Below are positions 37,658 through 47,638 of a stretch of 64,000 nt of DNA, one piece after another. Numbering within the stretch: position 1 is the stretch's first letter; the number at the start of each line of letters is the position of its first letter. Under the pieces are notes generated by a model. It ran no database searches. It was not told the origin of the DNA and worked only from the letters and a program-made list of their open reading frames with translations. This DNA is from a virus (taxonomy: Duplodnaviria; Caudoviricetes). Location: IMG/VR virus record IMGVR_UViG_3300031216_000012, positions 1,845 through 65,844 of that record, one strand, 5' to 3'. A program made the position numbers and the translations under genes.

Positions 37658-38369
37658 CGCCAACACCGAAGCTGGGCTCGCGAGTTACGAGCTCCGTAGC
37701 CTCCGGCAGCTTGGACAGGAAACCTGCAGCATAGCTGTTGCCGTCCTCGTCTTCCTCAGCGTACTCCTTCGTGCTCTTGGCGTCGGCCGAGAACTCAAAC
37801 TTGACGTAGTCTACGCTGCTGTCAAACGTGATGACAGTGACAACTTCAGCAATGTCCTTGCCGGCTTCGGCCAACTTGCTGTTGTACTTCTTGAACGCCT
37901 TGAGCGACATCGGAGGGACAGACAGGAAGTAAATCTGATCGTCTTCCTCTTCTTCGTCCCAGCGCAGCACAGCCAAGTTGACGGAGTTCTTGCACGCCTT
38001 GCGGTTGCCACCACCGGAACCGAACTGGTTCTGAGGGCAGGTAGCACAAGTGTCGTGCTGACGGTCAGGCGCGGAGGCAGGTGGCCCCATCGTGGCGGCA
38101 TTCTGACCCACAGCGGCACACACAGGCGCTTCAGTGGCGTTAGGGTTGTAAGCTCCAGACCAGAAGCCGTTGTGGAAGGCCCAGTCAAGGACAACGACCG
38201 TCATCTCGTTGGGGATGATGATGTCTTCGCCGATGCGGAACTTGTTGGCTTTGACCTTGATGAACGACATGCCGCCGCCATCGCCACCGAGACCGGCGAG
38301 ACGTTCGGCCATGTTCTGTTTACGCGCTGCCAACTGCGTGTTGACGGTTTTGGAGAGTGACTTGCTCAT
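37647..38369 (-). CDS. Putative ssDNA-binding/annealing protein
   Basis: PVC...CATCPQNQFGS...KACKN, LSVPPMSLK and an acidic C-terminus; replication module. Confidence 0.6.
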   Translation of the reverse strand: MSKSLSKTVNTQLAARKQNMAERLAGLGGDGGGMSFIKVKANKFRIGEDIIIPNEMTVVVLDWAFHNGFWSGAYNPNATEAPVCAAVGQNAATMGPPASAPDRQHDTCATCPQNQFGSGGGNRKACKNSVNLAVLRWDEEEEDDQIYFLSVPPMSLKAFKKYNSKLAEAGKDIAEVVTVITFDSSVDYVKFEFSADAKSTKEYAEEDEDGNSYAAGFLSKLPEATELVTREPSFGVGDEA

Positions 38370-38392
38370 ATTCTTTGTACCTCTTTGTGTGC

Positions 38393-38620
38393 TTAGAAAA
38401 AGTCCGGTTGTGCAACCGAACGGGTCAGGGCCATGAGACCTGTCTGCAGGTTAGTGGCACCGATGCTTACCCATCGCTGATCAAGATCGCTCTGGGCTCT
38501 TAGTTTATCAACCAGTTCTCCGAGTTCTACTCCTTTTTGTTTGATTTCGTTCATGGCGTCAATCTCTGCTTGTGACAGCTCACGATAACCTTTAATCTTT
38601 CTATGTTGGTTGTCTACCAT
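38393..38620 (-). CDS. acb2: Anti-CBASS cyclic-oligonucleotide sponge, Acb2 homologue
   Basis: MVDNQHRKIKGYRELSQAEIDAMNEIK...RWVSIGATNLQTGLMALTRSVAQPDFF matches the Acb2 signature as I recall it (NQH-x-KIKGYR-x-LS...RW-x-x-IG...QTG-x-MA...AQP). Confidence 0.85.
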   Translation of the reverse strand: MVDNQHRKIKGYRELSQAEIDAMNEIKQKGVELGELVDKLRAQSDLDQRWVSIGATNLQTGLMALTRSVAQPDFF

Positions 38621-38621
38621 T

Positions 38622-39005
38622 TTACAATTTCCTCAAGTTGACGCGGACCTGCTCATGAGACTCGAGACCAGGGATACCGCGGGGGTTGTCTTCCAACAGC
38701 TCGCGGTAGCGAACAGGTGAAAGGCGTTTTTGAAACAGGTTGAGTTCCTTGTGGCGAAGTACCCACGGGTTGACTTTACCCCAGTCAACAGCGACGGGCA
38801 CGATGGACTTGGAGATTGACATGGTGGCGAGCGAGCCGGTGGCTTTGGACAGCCCCTGCTTGCCGGCGGATTCGAGGATCATAGATTTGATCTCTTCTTC
38901 CTTGGCGCTGCATAGACTGACCTTTTCGTTCAGCTCGCGTTTCTTGTCACGGACTCGATCCAGCATATCAATCAGCTGGCCGAGAGTAGGGGTGTCTGCG
39001 GACAT
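38622..39005 (-). CDS. Conserved replication-module protein (coiled coil plus VDW...LFQKRLS...IPGL)
   Basis: Motif pattern and position next to the SSB-like gene. Confidence 0.6.
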   Translation of the reverse strand: MSADTPTLGQLIDMLDRVRDKKRELNEKVSLCSAKEEEIKSMILESAGKQGLSKATGSLATMSISKSIVPVAVDWGKVNPWVLRHKELNLFQKRLSPVRYRELLEDNPRGIPGLESHEQVRVNLRKL

Positions 39006-39055
39006 GGTTGTGCTCCTTTTGCGTGTGCTAAGTTACCAGATGAAACTGGTGGGTG

Positions 39056-39265
39056 TCAAGACTTGGAGAGGCGCTCGAGGTCGACGAGGACGTCTTCCAT
39101 GCGTGCGATTTCTTCTTTCAATTCTTCAACTGCCTCATTGTGTTCTGCTTCCCGATCCGTCCACCGTCGGGCCAGTTCTTGACCTAGATCAATTTTGTCG
39201 AATTGAGTTAGCTGAGACAGGCTCTCATTCATCAGTTCGTTGTCAGTCAGATGTTGCGGTTTCAT
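39056..39265 (-). CDS. Hypothetical coiled-coil protein
   Basis: AGGAG RBS, 69 aa. Confidence 0.55.
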   Translation of the reverse strand: MKPQHLTDNELMNESLSQLTQFDKIDLGQELARRWTDREAEHNEAVEELKEEIARMEDVLVDLERLSKS

Positions 39266-39362
39266 TTTGTTCTCCTAATCAATGCACAAATCGCATATGA
39301 GAATCTTTGACGGGTCTCCGGGCTCCAAAGGATGATGTTCTTCGCACCAAGCGTTGATAATC

Positions 39363-39941
39363 TCATACAACCTTCGGTTCTTCGATAAATTCTTCTCTAA
39401 TGTAAACGCAACTGCCGATCGATTCTCGGAGCTCGTCTATGTCGCCGAGGTAGGTCCAGCTGGGAAGCAACACGCTGAGCTCGTTAGCATCCCAAACGTC
39501 CAGCGGTTTCTCTTTGTAGCCTTCTACAAAGTCATCGTAGAAACTGGCAAATCCCGGACGGGACTCGAACATCTCCTTGACGTCTTGACCTAAAGATTCC
39601 AAGCCAAGAGTCGCCCATCGAGCCATACGCAGATCTTCTACCGGGCCGGTGTATTCTGCCAACAGCTGGTCAGTCGTGAAGTTGTACTCCCGCGGAGAAA
39701 TCAACTGCTTGAAAAGAAACTCGCCAGAAAAATCGTACTCTTCACGGAGCGCATTTTGATACCACTCAAGGTATTCCTTAGTTGCCTGTTCGAAATTATA
39801 TCCGATAGAATCATACTCTAACGACTCGTCTTCTTCGAGAATGCACTCTGCTCCCCAGTCAAGCATGTCGGACAGTTCGCTTTCATAGAAACCTGGAAAT
39901 GGGATGAATACTTCTACGTGTTCTTCGTTGTTCTCTGTCAC
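39363..39941 (-). CDS. Acidic hypothetical protein
   Basis: IPFPGFYES...SPREYNFTTD; GTGA overlap with the polymerase stop. Confidence 0.6.
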   Translation of the reverse strand: MTENNEEHVEVFIPFPGFYESELSDMLDWGAECILEEDESLEYDSIGYNFEQATKEYLEWYQNALREEYDFSGEFLFKQLISPREYNFTTDQLLAEYTGPVEDLRMARWATLGLESLGQDVKEMFESRPGFASFYDDFVEGYKEKPLDVWDANELSVLLPSWTYLGDIDELRESIGSCVYIREEFIEEPKVV

Positions 39942-41797
39942 TTGATGTACCTCTCAGTGATTTTACCTTCGGATGCCAGTGGAATTTTCGGGTTCCAATC
40001 TGGCGGGATTGACATGATTTCTGTCGCGTCGCGCAGGCACTGTTCAGCCTGGTGGTTAGGCACGCACATGATGACCTCATCGTGTACGAGCAGCACAACT
40101 TTGTAGAACCGACTCATCTCGAGCGCGTGGCCGGTAGTGATTGTCCTGCAGCGGCTCTGGATGATGTTCTCAAGCCATGCGCCGCCGTAGAGCTTCTTGG
40201 TGACGGCTTTCCTGTACCGCGGGTGGTAGGCGCGGTAGGTGAACTCTGCCGTGCCGTACTCTCCAATCTCGAGCTGCAGGTCCGGGTACTGCATCGTGAG
40301 CCCGTTGGGCATCAGCACCTTTCCTCCAGGCTGGATGACCAGACCACGAAACTCGATCTCGTGTCGAGCGTCAGGCATCATGTACTGGATCAGGCTCTGC
40401 AGCTGGGACCACGTATCCTTGATCTTGTAATACTTGGCTCGGTACATCTGAACGATGCGCTCAGCTTCATCCATATTCAAGTGAACAGCTGGCCCCATCG
40501 CGCCAGTCTCAAGCATCGATTGGAACTTGAAAGCTCCGCACTGATAGCCCAGACCGAGAATACCGGTCTTGCCGACAAAGCGCTCTTGCCAATTGTCATC
40601 CGCGTTGACTTCGAAACCGTAGAGCTCCGAGGCGAACGATGAGTAGACATCGACGCCTGCCGCGAACTCATCGACCAGATCCCACTGTTCACTGAACACT
40701 GCGTTGTCTCGAGCCTCAATCTGCGAGGCATCGATCACTACGAACGTGTGGCCTTTGGGTGCGGTCAGGCAGGAGCGCAGTCGGCCGTCGCGAGGCAGGT
40801 TCTGAGGATTGAACTGATCGCCGCCAGTAAAGCGGAACGTATGCGCTCCGCAGTAGCCCAGATAGATCGGCAGCGGGTGGCCTGACTTGACAATCATCTT
40901 CTTGGCACGGGTCTCGTTGATGCTGGTCTTGTTCGTGATGCGAGCGTCCATCAGCGAACGGACCCGAGGGTCTTCGTGCTTCATCAGCCGTTGGAACGGC
41001 AGGTCGTTCTTGGCGAACGCGAAGGTATCCTTGCCAGTCGTCGGGCTGACCTTCATCGGCACTTCGACATCGAGCAACTCGAGCAGCTTGGCAAACTGCG
41101 GGTTCGAGCGGACCATCGTGCGGACCTGATCGATCTTCTTGTCAGAGAAGATCTCAGCCAGGGCAGCATCCTTGATCTCTTTCTCCTCGTCGATGATGCG
41201 CCGGGCGCCTTCCTTGTCAATGATAATCGCCGGGTCGGTAAACATGCGGATGGTCAGGTCGATCACGTCGAACTCGAAGCGCGGGAAGCCTCGCGCCATC
41301 AACAGGAACAGCTGCTCGGTCAGCGCGGTGTCCTGGTTGTTGTACCGGCGCATGTCGGCTTGCTGCTCAGGCGTGGCGTCGTCCCAGCGCAGCCCTTCCC
41401 AGCCCTCCAGCACGCCGGAGACCTTACCGTCCAATCCGTAGTAGCCTGCGACGGATTGGAGGCTCGTGGAGCCGTGCTGACCCCACAGCGGCTTGGCCAT
41501 TGCCATTGTGCAGGTGTAGCGGCCGGGGAGGAAGCCGAAGCAGTGGGAGATTGCATAGCCGTCGAACTGCATGTGGTGGCCGTTGAGGATGACCTCACTG
41601 GCGTAAGGCTGAAGATCATCGAAAAACCGGCGGATGTCGTCGCCTACGATGAACTCAGGCTCCGCCATATCGAGCGTCTTCCACGACATTGTCATAACTT
41701 CGAAGTCGGGATGCTGCACGTAGAGGCTGGTGCCGAGCTTCTTGATACTGCACTTCTTGTCGTAGTAGGTTTCGAGGTCAAGCGTGATGAATTTCAT
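39938..41797 (-). CDS. polA: Family A DNA polymerase with 3'-5' exonuclease
   Basis: Exonuclease DLETY; motif A DASQIEAR; motif B RFVGKTGILGLGY; motif C VHDEV. Confidence 0.93.
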   Translation of the reverse strand: MKFITLDLETYYDKKCSIKKLGTSLYVQHPDFEVMTMSWKTLDMAEPEFIVGDDIRRFFDDLQPYASEVILNGHHMQFDGYAISHCFGFLPGRYTCTMAMAKPLWGQHGSTSLQSVAGYYGLDGKVSGVLEGWEGLRWDDATPEQQADMRRYNNQDTALTEQLFLLMARGFPRFEFDVIDLTIRMFTDPAIIIDKEGARRIIDEEKEIKDAALAEIFSDKKIDQVRTMVRSNPQFAKLLELLDVEVPMKVSPTTGKDTFAFAKNDLPFQRLMKHEDPRVRSLMDARITNKTSINETRAKKMIVKSGHPLPIYLGYCGAHTFRFTGGDQFNPQNLPRDGRLRSCLTAPKGHTFVVIDASQIEARDNAVFSEQWDLVDEFAAGVDVYSSFASELYGFEVNADDNWQERFVGKTGILGLGYQCGAFKFQSMLETGAMGPAVHLNMDEAERIVQMYRAKYYKIKDTWSQLQSLIQYMMPDARHEIEFRGLVIQPGGKVLMPNGLTMQYPDLQLEIGEYGTAEFTYRAYHPRYRKAVTKKLYGGAWLENIIQSRCRTITTGHALEMSRFYKVVLLVHDEVIMCVPNHQAEQCLRDATEIMSIPPDWNPKIPLASEGKITERYIK

Positions 41798-42039
41798 TCG
41801 TTGTAAAGTCTCCAAGCGTAGTGAGCAAAAGCCGCTTCGAGTTTATCGTGATACTCAGATCGTGACTCACCCATGTGTTTACAAACGTAGAAAACTTTAC
41901 TGCTCATGTTTTACTCCCCACTCGTACTTAGTAGCTGTATCCATGTCGTGCTCTCCAAATGAATTTACTCAGTGATTCGAGCTTCATGACGATGCTCAGT
42001 GCGAGCCATACAATTTTTACAAAGATCATTTGGTTTCTC

Positions 42040-42804
42040 CTAGCAGATGTTTCTTCTACAGTGGCCAGTACCAGCGTAGGCGCGTTTACCGCGGCCGACT
42101 GTACCGGCTTTGAATGGGCAGAATCGGCAGGCAAACTGCGAGGGCTTGGCAGGGAAGATGGTGGCGTTGAGCACTTTCTCGTGACGCTCTCGAACTTTTG
42201 GCGTAGCTTGCTCGACTTGGGTGCGGGTAAACGTGCGCTTCATCAGGTTCTCGCCTGGGTGCAGGTCGAGATACCCGATCGCCACATCGAAAATCTGAAT
42301 AGCAGGATCGACGTTGGCAACGCCGACTGCATATTCCATCAACTGATCGTGGTGCTTTACCTCGTTGCCCTTCTTCTTACCTGTTTTCCAGTCAAGGATG
42401 TACACACGAGAATCTGACACCGTGACGGCCACGTCGATGATCATGCGGTACACCGTGTTGGCAAAGTCATCGCCGGCTGAGATCTCCCAGTTAGCATCGA
42501 AAGCGATCGGTATCTCAAGGTCAACCTTCCCTTTCTCATATCCTGCACGGAATGCGTCGAGTAACGGCAGCTGGTGCCGGAGCTCGTGCTGCGGTTTGAT
42601 CAGTGGATTCTGGACGTAGTTCTCACAGAGTGAGTGGATGCGCGACCCGCGATCCATTGGATGCTCATCCCCTTCGGGGAGCTCAGGCGCCGGGTCAAGG
42701 ATCTTGTCCAAGTGCTTATACTTGAACATGAGCGGGCAACGGTTAAAGTCACTAGCCCGTGAGAACGATGTGGACTTGACAATACGATCAGGTTCGATAG
42801 CCAT
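42040..42804 (-). CDS. PD-(D/E)XK exonuclease (RecB/Cas4-like)
   Basis: SFSR...CP, RGSRIH, IID...ILDWKTGK, QL-x-x-YA and a C-terminal CRFC...C. Confidence 0.85.
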   Translation of the reverse strand: MAIEPDRIVKSTSFSRASDFNRCPLMFKYKHLDKILDPAPELPEGDEHPMDRGSRIHSLCENYVQNPLIKPQHELRHQLPLLDAFRAGYEKGKVDLEIPIAFDANWEISAGDDFANTVYRMIIDVAVTVSDSRVYILDWKTGKKKGNEVKHHDQLMEYAVGVANVDPAIQIFDVAIGYLDLHPGENLMKRTFTRTQVEQATPKVRERHEKVLNATIFPAKPSQFACRFCPFKAGTVGRGKRAYAGTGHCRRNIC

Positions 42805-43036
42805 GATGTTCCTTACCTCGTGCGTAGTTGCGTGCATACTCTCTCAAGCGCTCCCAGGCCGGGTCGTCTTTGCGCAGACGATGAGGCAAGACGCGGATGC
42901 AGCGCCCCGTCTCTTTGTTGAAGGCGAACGATGCGGCGGTGAATGGCAGGCGTGTGTTCTGGTCTGCGTTGAACCGGCTGAAGTCGTCAGCGTTGACTTC
43001 AACAAGGAAGTAGTTTTTGCGTCGGACGAGTTTCAC
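42788..43036 (-). CDS. Hypothetical protein
   Basis: GTG at 43036 after GGAG, overlapping the previous stop. Confidence 0.5.
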   Translation of the reverse strand: MKLVRRKNYFLVEVNADDFSRFNADQNTRLPFTAASFAFNKETGRCIRVLPHRLRKDDPAWERLREYARNYARGKEHHGYRT

Positions 43037-43215
43037 GCTACATTCTCCTCCATTGCCTGGGTAAACAGGATGCCTGAGTGAACGTCGCATCCTGTACAGT
43101 AGATTTCATCTTCTGAATAACCGCGCTTATTCAGCTCGTTGAGCTGGCGTTCGTTCAGTGGGGTGAACACGAAGCCTTGTTGTGCAAAAAGTTTTTGGCA
43201 TTCTGGGTAGGTCAT
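43033..43215 (-). CDS. Hypothetical protein
   Basis: ATG at 43215 after GAGG. Confidence 0.5.
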   Translation of the reverse strand: MTYPECQKLFAQQGFVFTPLNERQLNELNKRGYSEDEIYCTGCDVHSGILFTQAMEENVA

Positions 43216-43306
43216 TAGTTGTTTTCCTCTTGTTCTACCATACGGTTTTCCCACAAAAGTCCGCACAATCCTAGCTCTAAAAAACCTACTTCGTCTGGGT
43301 ACTCGT

Positions 43307-44680
43307 TCATTTCAACATCCTCATCAGTTCGGTCATAGCGTCCAACTTCTCGTTGGTTCGTTCATACATTTGTTCTTCAAGCGTGCCAACGGCGCACACT
43401 CTGATGCTCTCAGTCGCGAGCTTCTGGCCACCGCGGCGAATGCGAGCGTCGCCCTGGACGAGCAGGTCGGCCCGGTCGGTGGGTGAGCACCAGATCGCTG
43501 AAGTGCCCTTGGTAAGCGTCAGGCCGTGTGCGCCCGACTGCGGGTGCATCAGGACGGTCTGGTACTTGCCGGCCTGGTACTCCTGCACGATCGAGCGTCG
43601 GTCAGCATCCTTGGTGTCGGAGCCGATCTCAACGAAGTCGACCTTCTTAGCCGTCAGCGACTCGACGAGCGCTTCGCGCTGGTGGCGCCAGTTCCAGAAC
43701 ACCACGCTGTGCGCACGCCCCAGGATCAGCTCGACAATGAGCTCGTTGCGGCCGCTGTCAAGCGTATAAGCACCGCTGGCGCCGTAGACGCGGCCCGAGG
43801 CCACCTGCAGTAGCTTCTGGCGCAGAGCAGCAGCGTTGACAGCCGTGACGTCGCCCTCTTTGAGCTCGAGCAGGCACTCCTTCTTCATCTCTTCGTAGAG
43901 CTTCATGAGCTTGGCTGACGGACGGTAGTTGAGCACGCGCTTGTCTTGATCTGGAATGTCTTTCATCACGTCGTCGAACTCGTGGCGAACCGTGATGTCG
44001 GCCAAGATCTGAGAGACGCTTTCTTGTGCCTCGGGCTTGTCCTGCCACTTGATCCAGGACGGCTGCATCGGGTTGGTGATGACTGGCTGGCATACGGCGT
44101 CGCGGAATGCGGCAAAGCCTGTACCGAGCCGCTCACCGCCGTCGATGATCAACGTCTGGTGCCAGATGTCAGTGATGCTGGTGCTGGTCGGTGTGGCTGT
44201 CATACCAACTTTGTACTTGAAGTACGGTTCGTTTTTCCGGTGCAGCGGCGTGAGTAAGGCAATCTTTTTAAGCGCCTTAGAGCGCTGCGACGTGCGGTGC
44301 TTGAAGTAGCTGATCTCATCAATGATCAACGTGTCGAACTTTTCGAAGAACGTGCGCTTCTGCTTGGCGATCCACTTGACAGCGTCGGTGTTGGTGATGT
44401 AGATGTCAACGTCGGCATCGAACGCTTTGGCCCGATTGCTGGCGTAGGCCACAGAGAACGTAAGCTGCGGGTGGAACTTGGCGATGTCTTCTCCCCACGC
44501 TGGATCGAGCAGCGCTTTGGGGGCGACGACCAGGGCGCATTTACCGCTGTTCTTGCGACGGAACGCGAAGGCATCAAGTGCGGCCAAGGTCTTGCCGGTG
44601 CCGGCGTCAGACAGGTCAAGAAGAGTCGGTACTTTAAGTTGCTTTTTACTGGTCTGGATTTGATGCGGCCAACGTTTCAC
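43307..44680 (-). CDS. SNF2-family helicase
   Basis: DAGTGKT, VVAPK, IIDEIS, MTATP, HGLTL and Q-x-x-ARI-x-R-x-GQ motifs. Confidence 0.92.
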   Translation of the reverse strand: MKRWPHQIQTSKKQLKVPTLLDLSDAGTGKTLAALDAFAFRRKNSGKCALVVAPKALLDPAWGEDIAKFHPQLTFSVAYASNRAKAFDADVDIYITNTDAVKWIAKQKRTFFEKFDTLIIDEISYFKHRTSQRSKALKKIALLTPLHRKNEPYFKYKVGMTATPTSTSITDIWHQTLIIDGGERLGTGFAAFRDAVCQPVITNPMQPSWIKWQDKPEAQESVSQILADITVRHEFDDVMKDIPDQDKRVLNYRPSAKLMKLYEEMKKECLLELKEGDVTAVNAAALRQKLLQVASGRVYGASGAYTLDSGRNELIVELILGRAHSVVFWNWRHQREALVESLTAKKVDFVEIGSDTKDADRRSIVQEYQAGKYQTVLMHPQSGAHGLTLTKGTSAIWCSPTDRADLLVQGDARIRRGGQKLATESIRVCAVGTLEEQMYERTNEKLDAMTELMRMLK

Positions 44681-46995
44681 TTAACTGCCTCCAGTTGTGC
44701 TTTGTCTTCGATGCCGAACTCTGGCACCTGCCATTTAACCTCCAGCCCGAGCTTGCCGCCGTAGCGTTCGAAGAAGACGCCGTGGTGCTTGAGCATCTGA
44801 ACGAACTTGGGCGTAGTGATTGGGACGGAGTCTCCGCTGACGGTGCGCAATAGAACGTGCAGCGCGTCGCGGCTGATGAAGTGCTTTTCCCCACGCTTGG
44901 CCGCTCTCTGGGCCTCGACGATTGTGCGCGTCGCGTTGTCTACGGCGATGCGGTCGACGTCGTGGCCTTGAGGCGATTGCTGCGTAGGGGCTACGTCGAG
45001 GATGCTCTGCAGGTCGCCCTGCTGCACAGCGCGAAGTACCAGGTGGACTGCAGAGCTGCTGAGCTCGTGCATCAGGTGCTTCTGCTGGCTGACGATCGGG
45101 GTGCGGAGCACTGAATGGTCAATGTTCCATTTGTACAAAATTGAGGTAAAGTCGAACAGTTCGCTTTCGATCGAAGCGATCTCAGCGTCGCTCATAATGA
45201 GCCTTGTCTCTTGATAAGGTGCCACGTTGAAGCGTCTGTCCGTGTCGCTGATTGCGACGGCTGATCGAGCGTTAGACGCTAGTATCAGATTCATGTAGTT
45301 TTTGGCTTCATAGTAATCAGTCCTCATTTTGCGAATTGGAACGACAGGGTCAGTAATGGCTTGCTTGAGCTTGGCCATCGGCTTGCTGTTCGCGTCAAGT
45401 TGTTTCTGCTCTGTTTCGTCGAGCATGAGAATGACGCAATCCTCCATGAATGAGTTGAAGTTTTCGTTGAGCGCTGACATCAACGTGACGTTGACGTAGT
45501 TGTTCCCGATAATAGGTTTTAGGATGTTGTGAATCAAAAGTCCTTTGCCTGTTCCTTCGCAGCCGCTCAGCACCCAAGCCGTTTCAGTTCTTCGCCGTTT
45601 CTGAACAATGAACGCTAACCAGTTCAAGAACCGCTTGACGACGTCCATGTCGTCTCCGAGCGCTGACTTGAGGATCTTGGCTATGGTAGGAGGGAACTGT
45701 CCTGGCGAGGGGTTGAGCCTCGCATCGCGAAGGTACGGGGACTCATAGAAGCGATTAAGAAATCGCTCTTCTGGTACACACACGCGGTTATCATCGAAGC
45801 GGAACACGTAGTCCCACTCTTCCACAAACTCCCCGACCCACTGGTTGTGTTGTCGGAGGAAGTCTTCGAGCTTTTTGACAGCGCTGGTGGCATAAATGTC
45901 CAAGTTGGTTGTTTCGGGTTCGAAGGTGCCGCGGTAGTATACGTCCGAGCGGCGGTCGAGGAACGCAAGGTAAACGGTGTCTTGATCTTTAACGCCTTCT
46001 TGCTGAAGCTTTTTGTAATTCTTGTAATACTCAGGGACAATCTCTTTGGTGAGGTAGTTGGGCTCACCTTTGAAATTGAACAGGATCTCCGGGTTCTCAA
46101 GCGGGTGGTAGTAGCCCCAGCTGTCTCCGCCATTGAGGTTCAGGTACATGAAGCCCCGGCCTTGTTTGTAGCCAGTGACTGATACCACCCCTGGCTTGCT
46201 GACGACTTCGATACCACTGATCAGCTTGGTGTTAAACGTGCGGTGCTTGAGCCCTTTCTTTTTGCGAAGCTCAGAGAGCTTGGTATTCTTCTTTTCCTCA
46301 ATAACTGCCGAGTCAATTTGAGCAAGCTGCTCTTTGAGATTGACCTTATCGTTTTCTTTTCTTACAAGACGGAGGCGATCTTCAGTAGGAACTGGGTCGT
46401 CCATCCCCACGCACTCGGGAGGTGCGATGTAGATCAACATGCCGTTGTGGGCAACAGCAACGTCGAGAGGCCATTGAAGCGCCGCGTTACTGCGTGTCAA
46501 ACTGATCGATTTTTCAAACTCAGACAATGTCAGGTTCTGGTTCATCAACCAGTATTTCAACGTCTCTGGCAACACTTCGTGTTCGAGCATGAAATAGAGG
46601 TGCGCAGAAAACGGCTTATCTATCTTGTGGCCGGCGCCGTACTGCACGATGTAAGAGACGTCGCTCAGGCCCATTTGGGAAAGTAGCGAGTTGACCTGGT
46701 CTTCTGATTTGAGGTAGTCAAAGTCTAAACAAATCCAAGATGTAGGTGCCATTGGGTCTGTTTCAGAAGCCCTCGATTCTAATACCAAGTCTCGTTTAAG
46801 TTCGCCTTTAAGAAGGCAATGCCCGTTTCTGCTGTGATAACGCAAAGCGCTCAGCATCTGATCGAGTGTGTGGACTTGTTCGCGATGAGACGTGACGTGC
46901 TTGACCATCGGGTAGGCATCTTTCTTGACGCCTTCGTCAGTCTGAGTGTACGTTTTGACCAGCGGAACGCGGGCTTCAAGAAAATGAAGCTCCAT
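44677..46995 (-). CDS. Primase-helicase with a C-terminal DUF5906/SF3-like NTPase
   Basis: N-terminal CLDFD and SAHLYF (AEP-like); Walker A GCEGTGKG, MLDE, ASN and DRRF. Confidence 0.85.
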   Translation of the reverse strand: MELHFLEARVPLVKTYTQTDEGVKKDAYPMVKHVTSHREQVHTLDQMLSALRYHSRNGHCLLKGELKRDLVLESRASETDPMAPTSWICLDFDYLKSEDQVNSLLSQMGLSDVSYIVQYGAGHKIDKPFSAHLYFMLEHEVLPETLKYWLMNQNLTLSEFEKSISLTRSNAALQWPLDVAVAHNGMLIYIAPPECVGMDDPVPTEDRLRLVRKENDKVNLKEQLAQIDSAVIEEKKNTKLSELRKKKGLKHRTFNTKLISGIEVVSKPGVVSVTGYKQGRGFMYLNLNGGDSWGYYHPLENPEILFNFKGEPNYLTKEIVPEYYKNYKKLQQEGVKDQDTVYLAFLDRRSDVYYRGTFEPETTNLDIYATSAVKKLEDFLRQHNQWVGEFVEEWDYVFRFDDNRVCVPEERFLNRFYESPYLRDARLNPSPGQFPPTIAKILKSALGDDMDVVKRFLNWLAFIVQKRRRTETAWVLSGCEGTGKGLLIHNILKPIIGNNYVNVTLMSALNENFNSFMEDCVILMLDETEQKQLDANSKPMAKLKQAITDPVVPIRKMRTDYYEAKNYMNLILASNARSAVAISDTDRRFNVAPYQETRLIMSDAEIASIESELFDFTSILYKWNIDHSVLRTPIVSQQKHLMHELSSSAVHLVLRAVQQGDLQSILDVAPTQQSPQGHDVDRIAVDNATRTIVEAQRAAKRGEKHFISRDALHVLLRTVSGDSVPITTPKFVQMLKHHGVFFERYGGKLGLEVKWQVPEFGIEDKAQLEAVK

Positions 46996-47065
46996 ATTTA
47001 CACTCGGTCTTTTTGTGTGGTAACATTCAAAAGGGTCATGATGTGCTCTTTCACATTATGGTTTA

Positions 47066-47099
47066 GAAGCCCTGACAGCTCGGCGGCTGTCAGGGCTTC
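47066..47099. promoter_or_regulatory. Perfect 14-bp inverted repeat upstream of the primase-helicase gene
   Basis: gaagccctgacagc-N6-gctgtcagggcttc with no clear T-tract. Confidence 0.5.
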
Positions 47100-47108
47100 A
47101 ATCTTACC

Positions 47109-47396
47109 TCACTCTTCAGCCCCTTGCAAACCCTTCCAACTATCAACAACTTGGGGGCTCCCCCATGCCCTGGCGGGCACGTAGTTGAGGAAGTAGACCA
47201 TCAGATCGGGGAGCGCTGCAAGGATGTCCGTGTTGCGAAAAGACGCCGAAAACGTGCCTTGCAGATCGTTAGTTGCGATCAGCTTAAGAACGCCGCTCAA
47301 CGGCACACCGTGATTGAGGTAGCCGTCAAGCGAGGTGGTGAAATGCTTCGGAATTCTGCCACGCAGCACCGTGCGCTGTTCTTCGATGGTAGTCAT
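47109..47396 (-). CDS. Hypothetical protein
   Basis: NDL...P-x-x-AWGS...V-x-x-W pattern; AGGA RBS. Confidence 0.6.
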   Translation of the reverse strand: MTTIEEQRTVLRGRIPKHFTTSLDGYLNHGVPLSGVLKLIATNDLQGTFSASFRNTDILAALPDLMVYFLNYVPARAWGSPQVVDSWKGLQGAEE

Positions 47397-47638
47397 GAAA
47401 TGTCCTTTGTGTAGTGCAGTCTTTCATACCAGTGATCAAACAACCTCTGCGCGTGCGTAGCGGCCTGTTTGGGCGATGTGTGCGTTTCAATGTGCCTCCC
47501 GACGCAGAGAGGTACGGTCTCTGGCAGGCTGGAAACGAGCTCGATGTTGTCTCCTACTTTGATGAGGTGGAAACACTCGACGTCTCCGACAGTTCCGACA
47601 ACCATGCGGTCATAGCTCTTGGTCCATTGGATCTTCAC
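47393..47638 (-). CDS. Hypothetical protein
   Basis: GTG at 47638 after GAGG; GTGA overlap. Confidence 0.5.
   Translation of the reverse strand: MKIQWTKSYDRMVVGTVGDVECFHLIKVGDNIELVSSLPETVPLCVGRHIETHTSPKQAATHAQRLFDHWYERLHYTKDIS

Noticed and set aside
42040-42804. CRISPR-associated cas4
   Set aside because: It is a stand-alone PD-(D/E)XK nuclease in the replication module, common in phages.
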